Assembly (NCBI GenBank): GCA_041611735.1
Contig: JBFIML010000034.1
Coordinates: 1-48,865 of the forward strand
Direction: 5' to 3'
From: Myxococcota bacterium
GTDB taxonomy: Bacteria; Myxococcota_A; UBA9160; PR03
DNA: 48,865 nucleotides
Position 1 is the stretch's first letter, and each line of letters starts with the position of its first letter. A program made the translations under genes and the position numbers. Below, in pieces: positions 46,478-48,865 of this stretch. Under the pieces are notes generated by a model that was not told the origin of the DNA, did not search any database, and saw nothing but the letters and a program-made list of their open reading frames with translations.

Positions 46478-46504
46478 GGATCGGCAGGCCGGGGGCAGCC
46501 TTGA
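46478..46504 (-). promoter_or_regulatory. sigma28/FliA-like promoter of the GT2-methyltransferase operon
   Basis: TCAA-15 nt-GCCGATCC. Confidence 0.55.
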
Positions 46505-46625
46505 GGCCAGGCGGACGCGGGAGCTGGCGAATCGGCCCCGGGCCCCGGGGCCGCATCAGGCCCGTCGGCCCCGCGGGGTCAACTAGAGAAGGCTTCGGAT
46601 CTGCGGTAGCTTGAGGGACCGAACC

Positions 46626-46703
46626 ATGGGCATGAGGCGAATGGACGGCGACTCGCGGCCCGAGCCGCACCCTAGACGCGAAAGCCCGAGCGGATCCGCC
46701 TGA
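46626..46703 (+). CDS. Putative MgtL-like leader peptide (25 aa)
   Basis: MGMRRMDGDSRPEPHPRRESPSGSA; GAGGGA upstream; ends 35 nt before mgtE. Confidence 0.45.
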   Translation: MGMRRMDGDSRPEPHPRRESPSGSA

Positions 46704-46708
46704 GGCCC

Positions 46709-46737
46709 CCGCAGGTCCCGGGCGGCGGGACCTGCGG
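46709..46737 (+). promoter_or_regulatory. Perfect 12-bp hairpin covering the mgtE ribosome-binding region
   Basis: CCGCAGGTCCCG-ggcgg-CGGGACCTGCGG, ending 1 nt before ATG 46739. Confidence 0.65.
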
Positions 46738-46738
46738 C

Positions 46739-48094
46739 ATGGCGACACCCGAGCTCACCACCCGCATCCTGCGCCGGCTGCTGGCGAGTGGCGCGCTGGC
46801 GCGCGCCGAGCGCGTGCTCGCCCGGGTGGAGCCGGCAGACCTCGCTCCGCTGCTGGCCAACCTGACGCCGGACGACGTCCGCACCGTCGTCGAGCTGCTG
46901 TTCCGCCAGCGGCGCGCCGCCGTCACGCTCTCCGAGCTGCCCCCGGACATCTTCCGCCAGGTCATCGACGTGCTGTCGGACGAGCGTCTGGGCGCGGTGC
47001 TGGCCCGTTTGGAGACCGACGACCTCGTGTGGCTCGTCAACGAACTCCCCGAGGAGCGGCGCGCGAGCATCGTCGCGGCCCTGCCGACGTCCAAGCGCGA
47101 GGAGCTGCGCAAGGCGGAGCTCTACCCGCCCTCCAGCGCGGGGCGCGTGATGACCACGAGTTTCGTGGCCCTCGCCGCCAAGATGACCGCCCAGGAGGCC
47201 ATCGACCATGTCCGCCTGGTGGGCGCCAGCGAGGAAGCCGACGCGATCCTCTACCTGTACGTGGTGGACGACGAGAGCCGCCTGCTCGGGGTGATCCCGA
47301 TCCGCCGGCTCGTCACCGCCCCGTTCGACCGTCCCTGCGGCGAGCTCATGATCCGGGACCCGGTGAGCGTCCGGGTGGACACGGATCAGGAGGAGGCCGC
47401 GGCCATCGTGGCCCGCTACAACCTGCTGGCGGTACCCGTGGTGGACGCCGAGGGCCGGCTGCGTGGCGTGATCACGGTGGACGACGTCATCGACGTGATC
47501 ACCGAGGAGGCCACCGAGGACATCTACCACCTGGCCGGCCTCTCGGAGGAGGACCGCGTCCTGAGCCCGGTGCACGAGTCGGTGCGCCGACGCCTGCCCT
47601 GGATGGTGGTGAACCTCGGCACGGCCTTCCTGGCCGCCTGGGTGGTCGGGCTCTTCGAGCACGCCATCCAGGAGGTGGTGGCTCTGGCGGTGTTCCTGCC
47701 GGTGGTGGCCGGCATGGCCGGCAACGGCGGCACCCAGGCCCTGACCGTCATCACTCGCAGCATCGCCCTGGGCGAGATCGAGTTCTCGAGTGGGCTGCGG
47801 GCCGTTGCCAAGGAGCTGGCGGTGGGCATCGCCATCGGCGCGGCGACGGGCGTCCTGGCGGCCGGGATCGGCTACCTGTGGGGCGGGAATCCGTACCTCG
47901 GCTTCGTGCTCTTCTGCGCCATGGTGATCAGCGTGACCGTGGCCGGCCTGGTGGGGGCCCTCGTGCCGCTCACGCTCAAGGCCCTGCGCCAGGACCCGGC
48001 CCTGGGCTCGAGCGTGATCGTCACCACCTTCACCGACTGCTTCGGCTTCCTCTCCTACCTCGGCATCGGCTCCCTGCTCCTCGACCGCCTCTGA
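46739..48094 (+). CDS. mgtE: Magnesium transporter MgtE
   Basis: N-domain, CBS pair, GVITVDDVID, AGMAGNGGTQ, DPA...TTFTD. Confidence 0.96.
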   Translation: MATPELTTRILRRLLASGALARAERVLARVEPADLAPLLANLTPDDVRTVVELLFRQRRAAVTLSELPPDIFRQVIDVLSDERLGAVLARLETDDLVWLVNELPEERRASIVAALPTSKREELRKAELYPPSSAGRVMTTSFVALAAKMTAQEAIDHVRLVGASEEADAILYLYVVDDESRLLGVIPIRRLVTAPFDRPCGELMIRDPVSVRVDTDQEEAAAIVARYNLLAVPVVDAEGRLRGVITVDDVIDVITEEATEDIYHLAGLSEEDRVLSPVHESVRRRLPWMVVNLGTAFLAAWVVGLFEHAIQEVVALAVFLPVVAGMAGNGGTQALTVITRSIALGEIEFSSGLRAVAKELAVGIAIGAATGVLAAGIGYLWGGNPYLGFVLFCAMVISVTVAGLVGALVPLTLKALRQDPALGSSVIVTTFTDCFGFLSYLGIGSLLLDRL

Positions 48095-48174
48095 GGGGGA
48101 GGTTCTCGACGGATTGGCTCTTCCCTCCCCCGGGGCCGGGAAGGGCCCGGAACCCCCTGTGCGCCGCGGAAAAG

Positions 48175-48865
48175 TCAATTCGTCGAGAACGTCCCCTTCA
48201 GGTAGGCGACGATGTCCGCGGACTCGAACAACTCGACCCCCGTGTTCGGATCGGCCAGGAAGGGCACCTGCATGCGTCCCGCGCGGCGCACGAACTCCGC
48301 CCGCCGCGGGCTTCCCTTCGCCACGTTGTGGAGCCGGTACGGGAGCTCCAGGGTGCACAGGGTCTCGCGCACGATGCGGCAGTAGGGCGACGCCTCGAAG
48401 CTCCACAGCTCGAGCGGCTGCTCGGGCGCTCGGGAAGGCTGCACGCGGGTGCCGCGACCCCCGCGCAGCGCCGAGGCGAGGCTGGCGGTGACGTTGGTCA
48501 CGGGACCGGCCGCCAGCAGGACCGGCACCCGCCCGTCCCCGTAGCTGGTGAACAGGTAGCGGACGATGTCGTCCGACTCGTAGAGCGCCTTCCCGGTGTT
48601 GGGGTCCACCAGGTAGGGGAACTGCTCCCGTCCGCGCTCCCGTACCCAGGGCCGGAAGCGCCGCCCACCCTTCGGACAGGGACGAACGTCCGCGTCCAGG
48701 TCCAGGATCGAGAGCGCCTCGCGTACCTTGCGGCAGTACGGACAGCTCTCGAACTCGTACAGCTCCACGGGCCGCCCGGGCCGGCGCCCCAGCCGCCCGA
48801 CCTGCAACCCCGCCCCCGCCCGGACCACGGTGGCGGCGAAGGAGCTCGCCACGTCGAGGACTCGC
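48175..48865 (-). CDS. Tandem GST-N/glutaredoxin-like domain protein; 5' end probably outside the window
   Basis: YEFESCPYCRKVRE and WSFEASPYCRIVRE repeats, PYLVDPNTG; the frame stays open to the window edge. Confidence 0.88.
   Translation of the reverse strand, partial: RVLDVASSFAATVVRAGAGLQVGRLGRRPGRPVELYEFESCPYCRKVREALSILDLDADVRPCPKGGRRFRPWVRERGREQFPYLVDPNTGKALYESDDIVRYLFTSYGDGRVPVLLAAGPVTNVTASLASALRGGRGTRVQPSRAPEQPLELWSFEASPYCRIVRETLCTLELPYRLHNVAKGSPRRAEFVRRAGRMQVPFLADPNTGVELFESADIVAYLKGTFSTN

Noticed and set aside
46430-46738. M-box (ykoK) riboswitch upstream of mgtE
   Set aside because: I could not recognise its conserved sequence by eye; an Rfam scan is needed. The uORF plus hairpin explains the region better.
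1-48865. tRNA/rRNA genes, IS elements, integrases, prophage or defence genes
   Set aside because: None recognised; composition looks uniform and intergenic gaps are short.

Overview
Very GC-rich bacterial chromosomal window (roughly 70-75% GC by eye). Gene content suggests Myxococcota/Deltaproteobacteria, which is an inference. Most long ORFs in the six-frame track are GC-shadow frames; about 44 real genes can be picked out, many joined by 4-nt ATGA/GTGA overlaps. Left part: BMP-type nucleoside/sugar ABC importer, BTLCP/LapG-like protease, AI-2E transporter, AsmA-like protein, PilT/PilU ATPase, a His-less pseudo-histidine kinase, rpoZ, a histone-like K/R-rich protein, bS22, a TPR protein, an acyl-CoA ligase and khpA. 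Centre: an apparently uncharacterised radical-SAM RiPP cassette (nucleotidyltransferase, PqqD/RRE, rSAM-SPASM, a 64-aa Cys3 precursor with a YxxP leader and C-terminal Ser, HPrK-like kinase, S24/S26 peptidase, plus a convergent ABC exporter). It lies directly downstream of a Wzc/OPX/beta-barrel polysaccharide locus that includes an O-antigen-ligase-TPR protein and AsnB. Right part: GH38, archease-RtcB, an acyl-CoA dehydrogenase pair, GT-C and GT2-methyltransferase genes, mgtE and a partial GST-like gene. Two signals not shown in the ORF track: (1) a sigma28/FliA-like promoter motif T(C/A)AA-N15/16-(G/T)CCGAT recurs upstream of at least 7 units, including the RiPP operon, its exporter, the polysaccharide locus, pilT and the histone-like gene; (2) an MgtL-like Pro/Arg leader peptide and an RBS-occluding hairpin precede mgtE.
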